Source: an uncultured Chloroflexia bacterium (GTDB lineage Bacteria > Chloroflexota > Anaerolineae > Anaerolineales > Anaerolineaceae). Taken from it: 32,000 nucleotides of DNA. Below the pieces are notes generated by a model. The model saw only the letters and a program-made list of their open reading frames with translations, was not told where the DNA came from and searched no databases. The DNA lies in the NCBI GenBank assembly GCA_963704755.1, contig OY969938.1, forward strand, positions 4,650,001-4,682,000, in the 5' to 3' direction. Position numbers and translations under genes: made by a program. This document shows positions 16,669 through 25,226 of this stretch, one piece after another; the first letter of the stretch is position 1; every line of letters begins with the position of its first letter.

Positions 16669-19313
16669 GTATCCAATATTCGACACTCTCTGAAAATCAT
16701 CTCAAGATGTTATCCATAGAATCGGGTATCTCGGATCAGATGATAAAAGAGCGTGGCTATCGCACGATCACAAGCGAAGGCGACCTGGTACAGTTCGGTT
16801 TTTCGCCGGCACAGCGTCGCGTACCCGGACTGTTAATTCCTCTCCACACCACCGATGGCAAGATCGGCCTGCACGTTTACCGTCCGGATAACCCCCGAAC
16901 CTACGAGGATCGCAGCAAGCGGGAAGCAGATGGGCTACGCCCAGTCAAAGTGTTGAAGTACGAGATACCGAAAGGAGCCGGCGTAAGGGTGGACTGCCCG
17001 CCGGCCTGCCTGAAAACGCTGAAAAATCCAACCATTCCGCTCTTTATCACCGAAGGGCAGAAGAAAGCGGATTCATTGGCATCCCAGGGTGCTTGCGCCA
17101 TTGATTTGCTGGGTGTTTGGAACTTCAAAGGCCGCAACGAATTCGGTGGAACAACTATTCTGGCTGACTTTGATTTCATCGCCTGGGAGAATCGTTTGGT
17201 GCGGATCGTCTTCGACTCAGATGTGATGTACAAGCCCTCGGTACGCATGGCGTTGGAACGCCTGACCGAGATCCTGCAGCGCAAAGGAGCTATCGTCTCA
17301 GCTATCTACCTTCCTAACCATCCTAGCGGGATCAAATGGGGTGTGGATGACTGGTTGGCTGACGGACATACCTTGCAAGACCTGGAAGCATTAACCGAAC
17401 AGCCGCGACCGGTTCCCCAGCCAGCACAGCCTACCATCGAATTGTTGGATGAACCTTCACCTACTATCACACGCCCGCTGAGCCTGGTAGGCAAACAAGC
17501 CTATGCAGCCACTTGGCTTCCAGTACGTACTACTCGACGAGAAGTTCTGGATAAAGAGGGCAACCTGCAGGTTCATAATCCGCCACTGGTTGAAGAAAGA
17601 TTGTGCCTTTTTATTATCCGTAATGATGGACAGGTGTTCAGTGAAATTAGCGATGGCCAAACCACTCGGTTAATGAGTGAGTTAGGTTTATCTACTAATT
17701 TTCATGAGATTGTACCGGTTGAGAAACGTTGGTCTACACGCGGCGTACGAGCCTATGTCCAGGGTCAACGTCCCAATCCAGTTGATACCTTCACTAAGAT
17801 CGTAGCAGTCATCAATCGTTTCCTAGACTTTGACCGTTCACTGGGTGATCAGCAATCCATGGCTGAACTCATTGGTTGCTATATCATGGGGACTTACTTG
17901 TTGGATGCCTTCAATGTGATCGGTTTCCTCTGGCCGAATGGAGAAGCAGGATCAGGAAAAACCAACCTGCTGATCGTGGTAACCGAAATGGCTTATCTGG
18001 GTCAACTGATCCTGGCCGGCGGCAGCTTTGCCAGCTTACGCGACCTGGCTGATTACGGAGCTACCCTGGCCTTCGATGATGCTGAAAACATTTCCGATCC
18101 CAAACAGACGGACCCAGATAAACGTGCCCTGCTGCTAGCCGGCAACCGGCGCGGATCGAGTGTTCCGCTCAAAGAAGCAGATGGACCAGGAAAGTGGAAG
18201 CTGCGTTATGTGAATGCCTACTGTCCACGGTTATTCTCTGCCATCCGTATGCCGGACGCGGTGTTGGCGTCCCGTACGATTGTCATTCCTCTCATTCGCA
18301 CCGCAGACCGCAATAAAGCCAATTTCGACCCGTTGGATTATGCTCTTTGGCCACATGATCGTAAGGCACTGCAGGATGAATTATGGGCAATTGGATTGGC
18401 TAACCTGCCAATGCTGCATGGTTATGAAAATAAAGTAGCTCAAAATTCCCGTTTACGCGGACGCAGCCTTCAGCCCTGGAAAGCCATCCTTTCTGTAGCT
18501 GCCTGGTTGGATGATGTTGATCAAAACCATTGTCTCTTACGAAGTTTCATCCAGGGAAAAGACCAGGTGGTGATTGGCGGATTGTGGCAACGATTAGAAG
18601 AAATGTCATGGCGTTACCAGCAGGAAGAGACTAGTGATTTGCAATCCAGTGATCTGACCCTGTTAGTTCTTCAAGGGATGTGCAAATTAGCTGCTGACAA
18701 GAGTGACATTAAAGACATTAGTGACGTTGCTGCTTCCACTTGGACTTTCTCTACTTCACAAATCAGCGAAGCGGCGCAGACTATTGCTGAAAGTAACGAA
18801 GCTGATATTGACAAGGAGTCCATAACATCCCGAAAGGTTGGCCGACTGCTTGGCAAGCTGCGTCTGCGTAAAACACGCGAAGCCGGCAAAGGCACCCGCC
18901 AATGGCAAATCACTCTAGCTGAGTTGGAACGTTGGGCAAGGGTGTACGGGATTCATTTCCCCGTTGAGCTTATCCGGGAAACCAATGTCACTGATGTCAC
19001 CAATGGCATAACGTCACAGGACGATGCTCCCCCATGGCAGAATTGCGAAATTGCTCTTCGATTACCAGCCGATAACAAGCTACCTACGATTGGTGGCTTT
19101 TGGCGCCGGCTGCCGGACGGTCGCTTGGAAGCTGGTTATAGCTCGGAGGAATTAGCCCTGGCCTTGACTCTCTTCCTCGATAAGGATGTGGACGCTGAAA
19201 GATTCGTAAAAACGTCCGCTCAACAGTTAAGAAAACGGCTCATTGAGGTCACGGGTGGAGAGGTACTGCATATTCAATTGAAGGAAATTGTAAAAGAGAA
19301 AAGGGATGAATGA
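16665..19313 (+). CDS. Replication protein: N-terminal Toprim-like (DUF3854-type) domain + central P-loop NTPase
   Basis: 882 aa. LFITEGQKKADSLASQGACAIDLLGVWNF...RIVFDSDV resembles a Toprim E...DxD arrangement. Walker A is PNGEAGSGKTNLL and Walker B-like is TLAFDDAE. This architecture is typical of primase/helicase-type proteins of plasmids, satellites and integrative elements. Confidence 0.65.
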   Translation: MSIQYSTLSENHLKMLSIESGISDQMIKERGYRTITSEGDLVQFGFSPAQRRVPGLLIPLHTTDGKIGLHVYRPDNPRTYEDRSKREADGLRPVKVLKYEIPKGAGVRVDCPPACLKTLKNPTIPLFITEGQKKADSLASQGACAIDLLGVWNFKGRNEFGGTTILADFDFIAWENRLVRIVFDSDVMYKPSVRMALERLTEILQRKGAIVSAIYLPNHPSGIKWGVDDWLADGHTLQDLEALTEQPRPVPQPAQPTIELLDEPSPTITRPLSLVGKQAYAATWLPVRTTRREVLDKEGNLQVHNPPLVEERLCLFIIRNDGQVFSEISDGQTTRLMSELGLSTNFHEIVPVEKRWSTRGVRAYVQGQRPNPVDTFTKIVAVINRFLDFDRSLGDQQSMAELIGCYIMGTYLLDAFNVIGFLWPNGEAGSGKTNLLIVVTEMAYLGQLILAGGSFASLRDLADYGATLAFDDAENISDPKQTDPDKRALLLAGNRRGSSVPLKEADGPGKWKLRYVNAYCPRLFSAIRMPDAVLASRTIVIPLIRTADRNKANFDPLDYALWPHDRKALQDELWAIGLANLPMLHGYENKVAQNSRLRGRSLQPWKAILSVAAWLDDVDQNHCLLRSFIQGKDQVVIGGLWQRLEEMSWRYQQEETSDLQSSDLTLLVLQGMCKLAADKSDIKDISDVAASTWTFSTSQISEAAQTIAESNEADIDKESITSRKVGRLLGKLRLRKTREAGKGTRQWQITLAELERWARVYGIHFPVELIRETNVTDVTNGITSQDDAPPWQNCEIALRLPADNKLPTIGGFWRRLPDGRLEAGYSSEELALALTLFLDKDVDAERFVKTSAQQLRKRLIEVTGGEVLHIQLKEIVKEKRDE

Positions 19314-19542
19314 AGAATTTATTAGTGATCCCTATGCGGTGCTTGCCCTGGCAGTTGTGTTCAAAGCTGCCTTGGATCTCAAGAGTAAGAATCCGACCTG
19401 TGTTTTGGAAGCTCGGACCTGGCTGCAATTCGTGGGTTTGAGCTGGTGCCAAATGCTGGGAATTTCAGAAAAGGAGATATCCAAATGGGTTGCTGGGAAC
19501 TATTCTCTTCCACCCAATGCTCACCGTAACTGGCGTTATTAA
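19306..19542 (+). CDS. Hypothetical protein (78 aa)
   Basis: The ATG overlaps the end of the replication gene by 8 nt. No recognisable motif. Confidence 0.4.
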   Translation: MNEEFISDPYAVLALAVVFKAALDLKSKNPTCVLEARTWLQFVGLSWCQMLGISEKEISKWVAGNYSLPPNAHRNWRY

Positions 19543-19604
19543 AGACTTTCCAGGTTGGCTCGCTACAACCGGAGCAATTCTTTGCAATTTCGAATACTCG
19601 CTTA

Positions 19605-19636
19605 TTTGTTCTATGGTATATAATAGATAGAACAAA
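19605..19636. promoter_or_regulatory. 10-bp inverted repeat enclosing a TATAAT box (candidate promoter/operator for the membrane-HTH/integrase operon)
   Basis: TTTGTTCTAT (19605-19614) and ATAGAACAAA (19627-19636) are perfect inverted repeats. The 12-nt spacer contains TATAAT (19619-19624). Confidence 0.35.
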
Positions 19637-19807
19637 ATAATAAGACGGTTCGTGCAGATGTAGCGAGCACCTACACGAACCTGACCCCAACCACCGTTCA
19701 AGCCGGCAGTAGGGGCTGATCATATTATAGCCGATCAGCCAGGATTCGCCCTCGGTGGGAGTTTATCACCGGGGGCATTCTATTGCCCCCTAATAAGGAG
19801 GCAATTT

Positions 19808-20593
19808 TTGGCTCTATTCTCTTTCGTCAACAAAATTCGAAATTCATTTTCGGAGATCGAAACCAATTTGGTTGATGGAATTGCAGCGATTGGTCCCTGG
19901 ATCACGCCACTCCCTAGTGCGGTGTTGGTAGCCAATGCAGTTGTGAAAGATTTGCATTGGATCCCTGCTTTAGGCTGGGTAACAGCCGCCATCATCGAAA
20001 GTCTAGGTCTGACCACTGTCAGTACCAGCTTATTGTTGTGGGATTACAACGCCGGTAAGCGCAAAACCGATCCAGGTGCTCCATTCTTATTGGCAGCATC
20101 TCTGGTAGGTGTCTACTTAGTCTCGACAATTGGTTTAACTGTTTTTCTGGATATCTTTCCTGAACTCGGAAGATATGCACCGGCTCTCTTCCCGTTGTTA
20201 GCTCTAGTGGGAGCGGTCAATCTGGCGTTGCGTTCTGGACACCGCCGGCGTCTATCTGGAATTGCTCAGGATCGAGCAGATCGTAAAGCTGAACGTCAAT
20301 CTTCCCGTCAAACTTTTACACAACCAGGCAATCCCCTGATGTCTAATTTAACGTCTAGTATTGTCAAAACTGACACTTCACTGGACAAAGCTCATGCGGC
20401 TCGAAAAGCCAATCTTACTGCCCGAATGGATAGTCTATTGACACTTTATCTTGACAATCCCCTTGTGGGCGCGACCGAAGCAGCTAGAGCATTAAATATT
20501 TCCAGACAGACAGTTTATACCTATCTAGATCAATTGGAAGCATCTGGAAGAATCCATCGAAATGGGCATGGCGTTGAAGTGATAGCAGAATAG
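19808..20593 (+). CDS. Membrane protein (about 4 TM segments) with a C-terminal HTH domain
   Basis: A TTG start lies 7 nt after AAGGAGG. There are four hydrophobic stretches in aa ~25-150, then a basic linker, then GATEAARALNISRQTVYTYLDQLEASGRI. It ends 10 nt before the recombinase gene. Confidence 0.55.
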   Translation: MALFSFVNKIRNSFSEIETNLVDGIAAIGPWITPLPSAVLVANAVVKDLHWIPALGWVTAAIIESLGLTTVSTSLLLWDYNAGKRKTDPGAPFLLAASLVGVYLVSTIGLTVFLDIFPELGRYAPALFPLLALVGAVNLALRSGHRRRLSGIAQDRADRKAERQSSRQTFTQPGNPLMSNLTSSIVKTDTSLDKAHAARKANLTARMDSLLTLYLDNPLVGATEAARALNISRQTVYTYLDQLEASGRIHRNGHGVEVIAE

Positions 20594-20603
20594 GAGGTTT
20601 TCA

Positions 20604-22284
20604 ATGGTAGCAACAAAACGCGCAATTATTTATTCCCGTGTTTCAACAGACGATCAGCGCTCCAACTATAGCGTTCCTACTCAAATAGCAGAATGTATGA
20701 AGTATTGCCAGAAGAATGGTTACACCTTGGTTGGGAATGCTTATGTTGATAAAAAAACAGGATTAGACTCTGAAAAAAACGAAAATTCTATTCCTGCGTA
20801 TGTAGATGATTACACTTCTCGGGAAATAAATCGTCCTAGTTTGGATGCGGCACTTACTTATCTGGAAGAATATGGATTCGACATAGTTGTGGTACTTTCC
20901 ATAGATCGCTTAGCAAGGGATCCATATATTCGTCAGACACTGGAACGCGAATTTTCCCGCCGAGGTGCAAATATTGAATTTGCTTTAGGGAATTACGAAG
21001 ACTCTCCGGAAGGGGAAGTTCGTAAAGATATGGATGCAACATTTGCCAAATGGGAAAATGCTAAACGTGTAGAGCGATGCAATCGTGGAAAACGCGGAAA
21101 GGCCGAGAAGGGATTATATGTGGGGGGAAGAACCCCTTATGGGTACGTTTTAGATTCCAAAGGAAAAGGAGGACTTTCAATTCATCCGGAACAATCTAAA
21201 GTCGTCCGCTTGATTTATTCACTTTATGGTGAGCAGAATTATTCAATGCATGGTATTCGTATGGACTTAGAAAAACGTGGGATTCCTTCGTATACTGGAA
21301 AACCTAATTGGCATTTATCGGCTATTCGAAATATTCTCATTAATACGGCGTATAAAGGATATGTCCATTACAACAAATCGGTTTGCAAGAGTAATTCGAA
21401 TCGCAAACCTCGTGAAAAGCATGAATGGATAAAGATCACAATTTCCCCTTTGGTTGATGAAATATTATTTGATCTTGTTCAAATCAGGATTAAAGATCAT
21501 CGAGAAGCATTACGCCGGCAAGCTCATCATTTTTACCTTTTATCTGGCATGATTCGTTGTTCAGAGTGTGGAAAACCATATAGGGCCAATTTTCAAAATG
21601 ACCGTCCCAAGCAAAATCGCAAAGCATACCGATCCTATCGTCACCGTAGGCAAGAAGGACAATGTATGGATAGGGAAATTACAGCAGTCCGTTTGGAAGA
21701 CAATGTATGGAATGAGGTTACGGATATGTTGATGAACACCGAAAAATTACAACAAGCCTATCACCAGGCGCAAATAGTAGATCAGGAAAATCGCTCCCGC
21801 TCACGGATTCACTTAGATGGTTATTATCATTCAGTGGAAAAATTTGAGCAGCAATTAAATAACTTAAATCGAGCTTATACTGATCCAGATATCCAAATGA
21901 CAAAAACCGAATATCTCTCTCAGAGGGTGCAGTTGGAGCACGAGTTGGTAGAAATTCACGACAAAATTAAAGAGATTGAAATCGGCTTCTACTGCGTTGC
22001 CATCCCAAGGTCAATTTGAGGATTTAGAGAATTTTGCTAAAAGCGTACGCGAACGGATTGCAAATGATGATTGGGATCCCTCTCCAGAGAGTAAGCGGCA
22101 GGTATTGGAGTTGTTGCACGCAAAGGTTATGCTCTCAAAAGATGGAACAGGCAAAGTGACTGGATGGTTTGGAGAAACGTCAGGGTTTTCGTACATACGC
22201 CGTTCACGTTCTGCCCGCCCGGCCCGGCCGAGCGGATATAGTCATATTGCAGCTCGCTGTCGTCGAGGGATAAGGAGGGGGTGA
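20604..22284 (+). pseudogene. Large serine recombinase (integrase), frame break near its 3' end
   Basis: The resolvase catalytic N-terminus is AIIYSRVSTDDQ...LSIDRLARD. The recombinase domain has GGRTPYGY. A zinc ribbon CSECGKPY and a coiled coil follow. The reading frame moves from 20604..22019 to 21976..22284 at about nt 21965-21980 (KIKEIE / KSASTALPSQGQFEDLENF). Confidence 0.85.
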
Positions 22285-22334
22285 TGTCGATCATATAGTG
22301 AGTATACCAAGCAAGTAGCGTCTGGGTATTGTAG

Positions 22335-22819
22335 AAAGCGATGAAATTGTCTCGAAATATGTTTTTCTTTCGTAGGGGCGAAGCCGCCGGCAGGCAGGCT
22401 TGGAAAGCGGATATGTATTGGCTCCGGCAGCTTCGTCCGCAACGCCGATCCGGGGGAAGGCCTGGCCAATTAACGGTGAACGATGTGGGATGTGCATTAC
22501 CAGGCTTTCAGTCCCTATACCCGATTGGCATTGAAGAGCGGCCTCGGTCTGGAGACCGGGCCGAACAATGGCTGCATATCGATTCAAAAAGAAACTTTGC
22601 TTTGAAAAATAGTGTTTTTCGGTAGGGGCGAAGCCGCCGGCAGGTGGGCTTGGAAAGCAGATATGCATTGGCTCCGGCAGCTACGCCCGCAACGCCGATC
22701 CGGGGGGAAGGCCTGGCCAATTAACGGTGAACGATGTGGGATGCGCATTACCAGGCTTTCAGGCCCTATACCCGATTGGCGCTGAAGAACGGCCTCGGTC
22801 TGGAGACCGGGCCGAACAA
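22335..22819. repeat. Tandem repeat, about 1.9 copies of a 250-bp GC-rich structured unit
   Basis: TAGGGGCGAAGCCGCCGGCAGG starts at 22373 and again at 22623, giving a 250-nt period. The units align along their length with scattered substitutions. Each ends with ATTGGC..TGAAGA.CGGCCTCGGTCTGGAGACCGGGCCGAACAA. Confidence 0.85.
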
Positions 22820-22971
22820 AGGGTTGGCAAGGACAAAAGCGTGTAAACCCCCAGGAATCTGGTGGGATGGGTTGGAAAGTCTGACCTGGACGATGTTCGC
22901 AGGACGAATCTCTTTGGTGTGGCGGTTCTGACCAATAGCCAATAATTAACCCCCTTGTAATTCGAACTTAT

Positions 22972-23010
22972 ATATAGGATAATAGACAGAAAGTGTCTAT
23001 TATCCTATAT
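22972..23010. promoter_or_regulatory. Perfect 17-bp inverted repeat abutting or overlapping the abiEi start codon (candidate AbiEi operator)
   Basis: ATATAGGATAATAGACA (22972-22988), gaaag, TGTCTATTATCCTATAT (22994-23010). The abiEi ATG is at 23009. Confidence 0.55.
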
Positions 23011-23674
23011 GAAAAAAACTGTTCTTGCCTCTCTTGATTCCTTTCCATACTTCACCATCGAAGCGATCAAACAGCTTCTGGACGATGAATCCGTGGCTGC
23101 CGGCACAATCCAAACTGGTTTGTATCGCTGGATGAAAGCCGGGCAGATTGTCCAGCTTAAAAAAGGCGTTTATATGTCGCGCCGCTTTTTCGAGCTTCAT
23201 CGCGCGGACGCCGAATTTGCGCCCATGGTCAGCGCAATTTTGATCCCCCAGTCCTATCTATCTTTGGAATATATTCTACAGCGTAACGCCATTCTCACCG
23301 AAATAACGTACCCGGTTACCGCAATCACGCTCAAGCAGACCCGTGTATTCGAAAACAAACTGGGGGCTTTTACTTACCGTAATATCAAAACAGATCTCTA
23401 TCAAGGGTTTAAATTTTCCGAATATATGGGCATCCCCATAGCCCAGGCCACGGTGGCAAAGGCGTTGTTTGATTTTCTCTATTTCCGTCCCTGGAAGGGC
23501 GGCCGGCGATTGGCCGGCTATGACCTGGCAGAAGATTTGCGGCTTAACCTGGAGGACTTCTCAGAAAATGACCGGATTGAATTTGGGTCCTTCGTTGAGA
23601 TCAGTAAAAGTAAAAAGATGAACCAAATTATGGAAAACCTGAGGAAAACCGTATGGCCACATTACTCCAATTGA
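23009..23674 (+). CDS. abiEi: AbiEi-family type IV toxin-antitoxin antitoxin / transcriptional regulator
   Basis: 221 aa. The N-terminal wHTH region has WMKAGQIVQLKKGVYM (typical G-x-h-x-x-h-x-x-G-h-Y). SYLSLEYILQRNAILTE and ITLKQTRVFENKLGAFTYRNIK match AbiEi patterns. It is followed by an overlapping AbiEii-type gene. Confidence 0.75.
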   Translation: MKKTVLASLDSFPYFTIEAIKQLLDDESVAAGTIQTGLYRWMKAGQIVQLKKGVYMSRRFFELHRADAEFAPMVSAILIPQSYLSLEYILQRNAILTEITYPVTAITLKQTRVFENKLGAFTYRNIKTDLYQGFKFSEYMGIPIAQATVAKALFDFLYFRPWKGGRRLAGYDLAEDLRLNLEDFSENDRIEFGSFVEISKSKKMNQIMENLRKTVWPHYSN

Positions 23675-24484
23675 TGCAAAACGTTCTGTCTCAAAAGGAC
23701 CCATTGTTGCCCAATGAGACCAGGCGGGTGATCCTCAAGGAATTTCTGCAGGCCAATACGCTTGACTTCCTTTATAATCACCCGGCCTATCGCAAACTTT
23801 AATTTCTATGGCGGCACCTGCCTACACGTGATCTACGGCCTCAACCGGCTTTCGGAAGATATTGACCTGGATAACAGCAGCAGGATTGATTTGAGTAATC
23901 TCGCAAACGACCTGCTGACTTTCTACCGTTCTAACGTCGGGTATGCCGATGTGACTGCCAAAACCCAGATCGGGGAGTGGGGTGTCCGCCGTACCACATT
24001 GAAGTTCCCCATTCTCTATGCTTTGGGCTTGACCTCGCATGCCAACGAACCACTGCATCTAAAAGTGGAAGTCAGCCTGCACAAGCAAACTGCTATCTTG
24101 CGCCGGACGCCTGTATTGCTGTTTGGCAAAAGTTTTGTGGCCGCGCATTTTTCGCTGGAAACGATGATGGCCGGGAAGATGTTGGCTTGCCTGGAACGAG
24201 ACTTTCAGAAGGGCGAAGGAGCTACGATCAAAGGCCGCGATTTTTATGACCTGCTGTGGTTTATGCAGCAGAAAATTATGCCGCTGGAGGAAAAGCTTGC
24301 AAATGACGGTCGCCAGCCTTATACGGTTCGATCTGCAATGGAATTGCTGGGGGAGAAGATCGCAGAATTGAAAATCTCTGACCTGGCAGAAGATTTGCTG
24401 CCCTTTTTTGAACAGAGGTCTTTCATCGAAGCCTGGCTGGAAGGGTTTCAGGAGAATTTTTTGGAGTATGTGAAGAATTATTAA
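23653..24484 (+). pseudogene. abiEii: AbiEii/AbiGii-family nucleotidyltransferase toxin, frame break about 49 codons in
   Basis: GAGGAA plus ATG at 23653 overlaps abiEi by 22 nt and reads MATLLQLMQNVLSQKDPL...HPAYRKL, then TAA at 23800. The next frame continues NFYGGTCLHVIYGLNRLSEDIDLD (the FxGGTxL...R.SEDIDh NTase motif) through to 24484. Confidence 0.75.
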
Positions 24485-24596
24485 CGTCAGTGATGATTTA
24501 ATAAAGCCAAACGACTTAAAAGCTGAGAGCTTACGCTTTTATACCAATATTCTTTTCAATTGCAAATTGTCCCGCCACTTACCCATTTTACAGTCT

Positions 24597-25065
24597 CGAC
24601 TAGCCGGTGAACAGCGTCATGAGGATATTAAAAAAAGAGAAATAGAAGCTCCTTTGTCTGGGGGAAGACCGGTGTTGAAGAGCTGCCTCGGCTTGGAAAC
24701 CGGGCCGAACAATGGCTGCATATCGATTCAAAAAGAAACTTTGCTTTGAAAAATATTGTTCTTCGGTAGGGGCGAAGCCGCCGGCAGGCAGGCTTGGAAA
24801 GCAGATATGCATTCGCTCCGGCCGCTTCGCCCGTAGCGCCGGCAGGCATAAGAATAGGAAAATTACAACGGGTGCTTGCTTTTTCCTGCCGGATCCCAGG
24901 GAATTTTTTTCGCTGCAGCGGGCAAAGCAGCCGGTAGATGGGCTCAGGTTGGTAGAATGGAGCTTGGCCCGGCGGCTTCGCCCCTACAGTGGATAAGGAA
25001 AGAACAGAAGCCAGGGTATGATTGGCATTGAAGAGCGGCCCCGGTCTGGAGACCGGGCCGAACAA
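24597..25065. repeat. Dispersed, rearranged copy of the 250-bp repeat family. It contains a perfect 19-bp inverted repeat pair 184 nt apart.
   Basis: 24690-24830 aligns closely with the unit junction at 22540-22690. GTAGGGGCGAAGCCGCCGG (24766-24784) is the exact reverse complement of 24969-24987. The terminal ATTGGCATTGAAGAGCGGCCCCGGTCTGGAGACCGGGCCGAACAA lies at 25021-25065. Confidence 0.8.
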
Positions 25066-25226
25066 AAAAGCGTTGCGTGGTTGATTATCTATGGATGTTT
25101 CAGGTGGACCTTCTTGGTTTTCCAGGGCGAGCGACCATACCTTCTCGCTTCACCCAACCAAGGTGGAACGGGTTACAATCGAGAGAACGCGGGCTTATCT
25201 ATACCGGTGCAGGGTAAGAGGGCTTT

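Larger units (their letters stand above)
14601..22284. mobile_element. Core of an integrative (satellite/ICE-like) element: repressor, divergent control region, replication module, large serine recombinase. The defence train at 929-14561 is probably its cargo. True ends not determined.
   Basis: Gene content and order: XRE, then divergently HTH, iterons, RHH, Toprim+P-loop replication protein, membrane-HTH and serine recombinase. No capsid, tail or conjugation genes. Composition changes sharply at about 22.3 kb. Confidence 0.5.

Noticed and set aside
19640-19790. Considered a tRNA or tmRNA gene as the integration target next to the integrase operon
   Set aside because: The hairpins are consecutive, not arranged as a cloverleaf. 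There is no GTTCRANNC T-loop and no acceptor-stem pairing, and the region lies inside the element rather than at its edge.
22291-22668. ORFs in the track that run through the repeat units (22291..22668, 22341..22625, 22508..22720, 24628..25065, 24712..24996)
   Set aside because: They overlap one another on both strands and their translations are low-complexity Arg/Ala/Gly/Pro. They exist only because GC-rich repeats lack stop codons, and they have no RBS or recognisable domain.
22335-22819. Considered whether the repeated GC-rich units form a CRISPR array
   Set aside because: The period is 250 nt with about 1.9 copies. The units are homologous along their whole length, with no short repeat and unique spacer alternation. 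No cas genes are present in the window.
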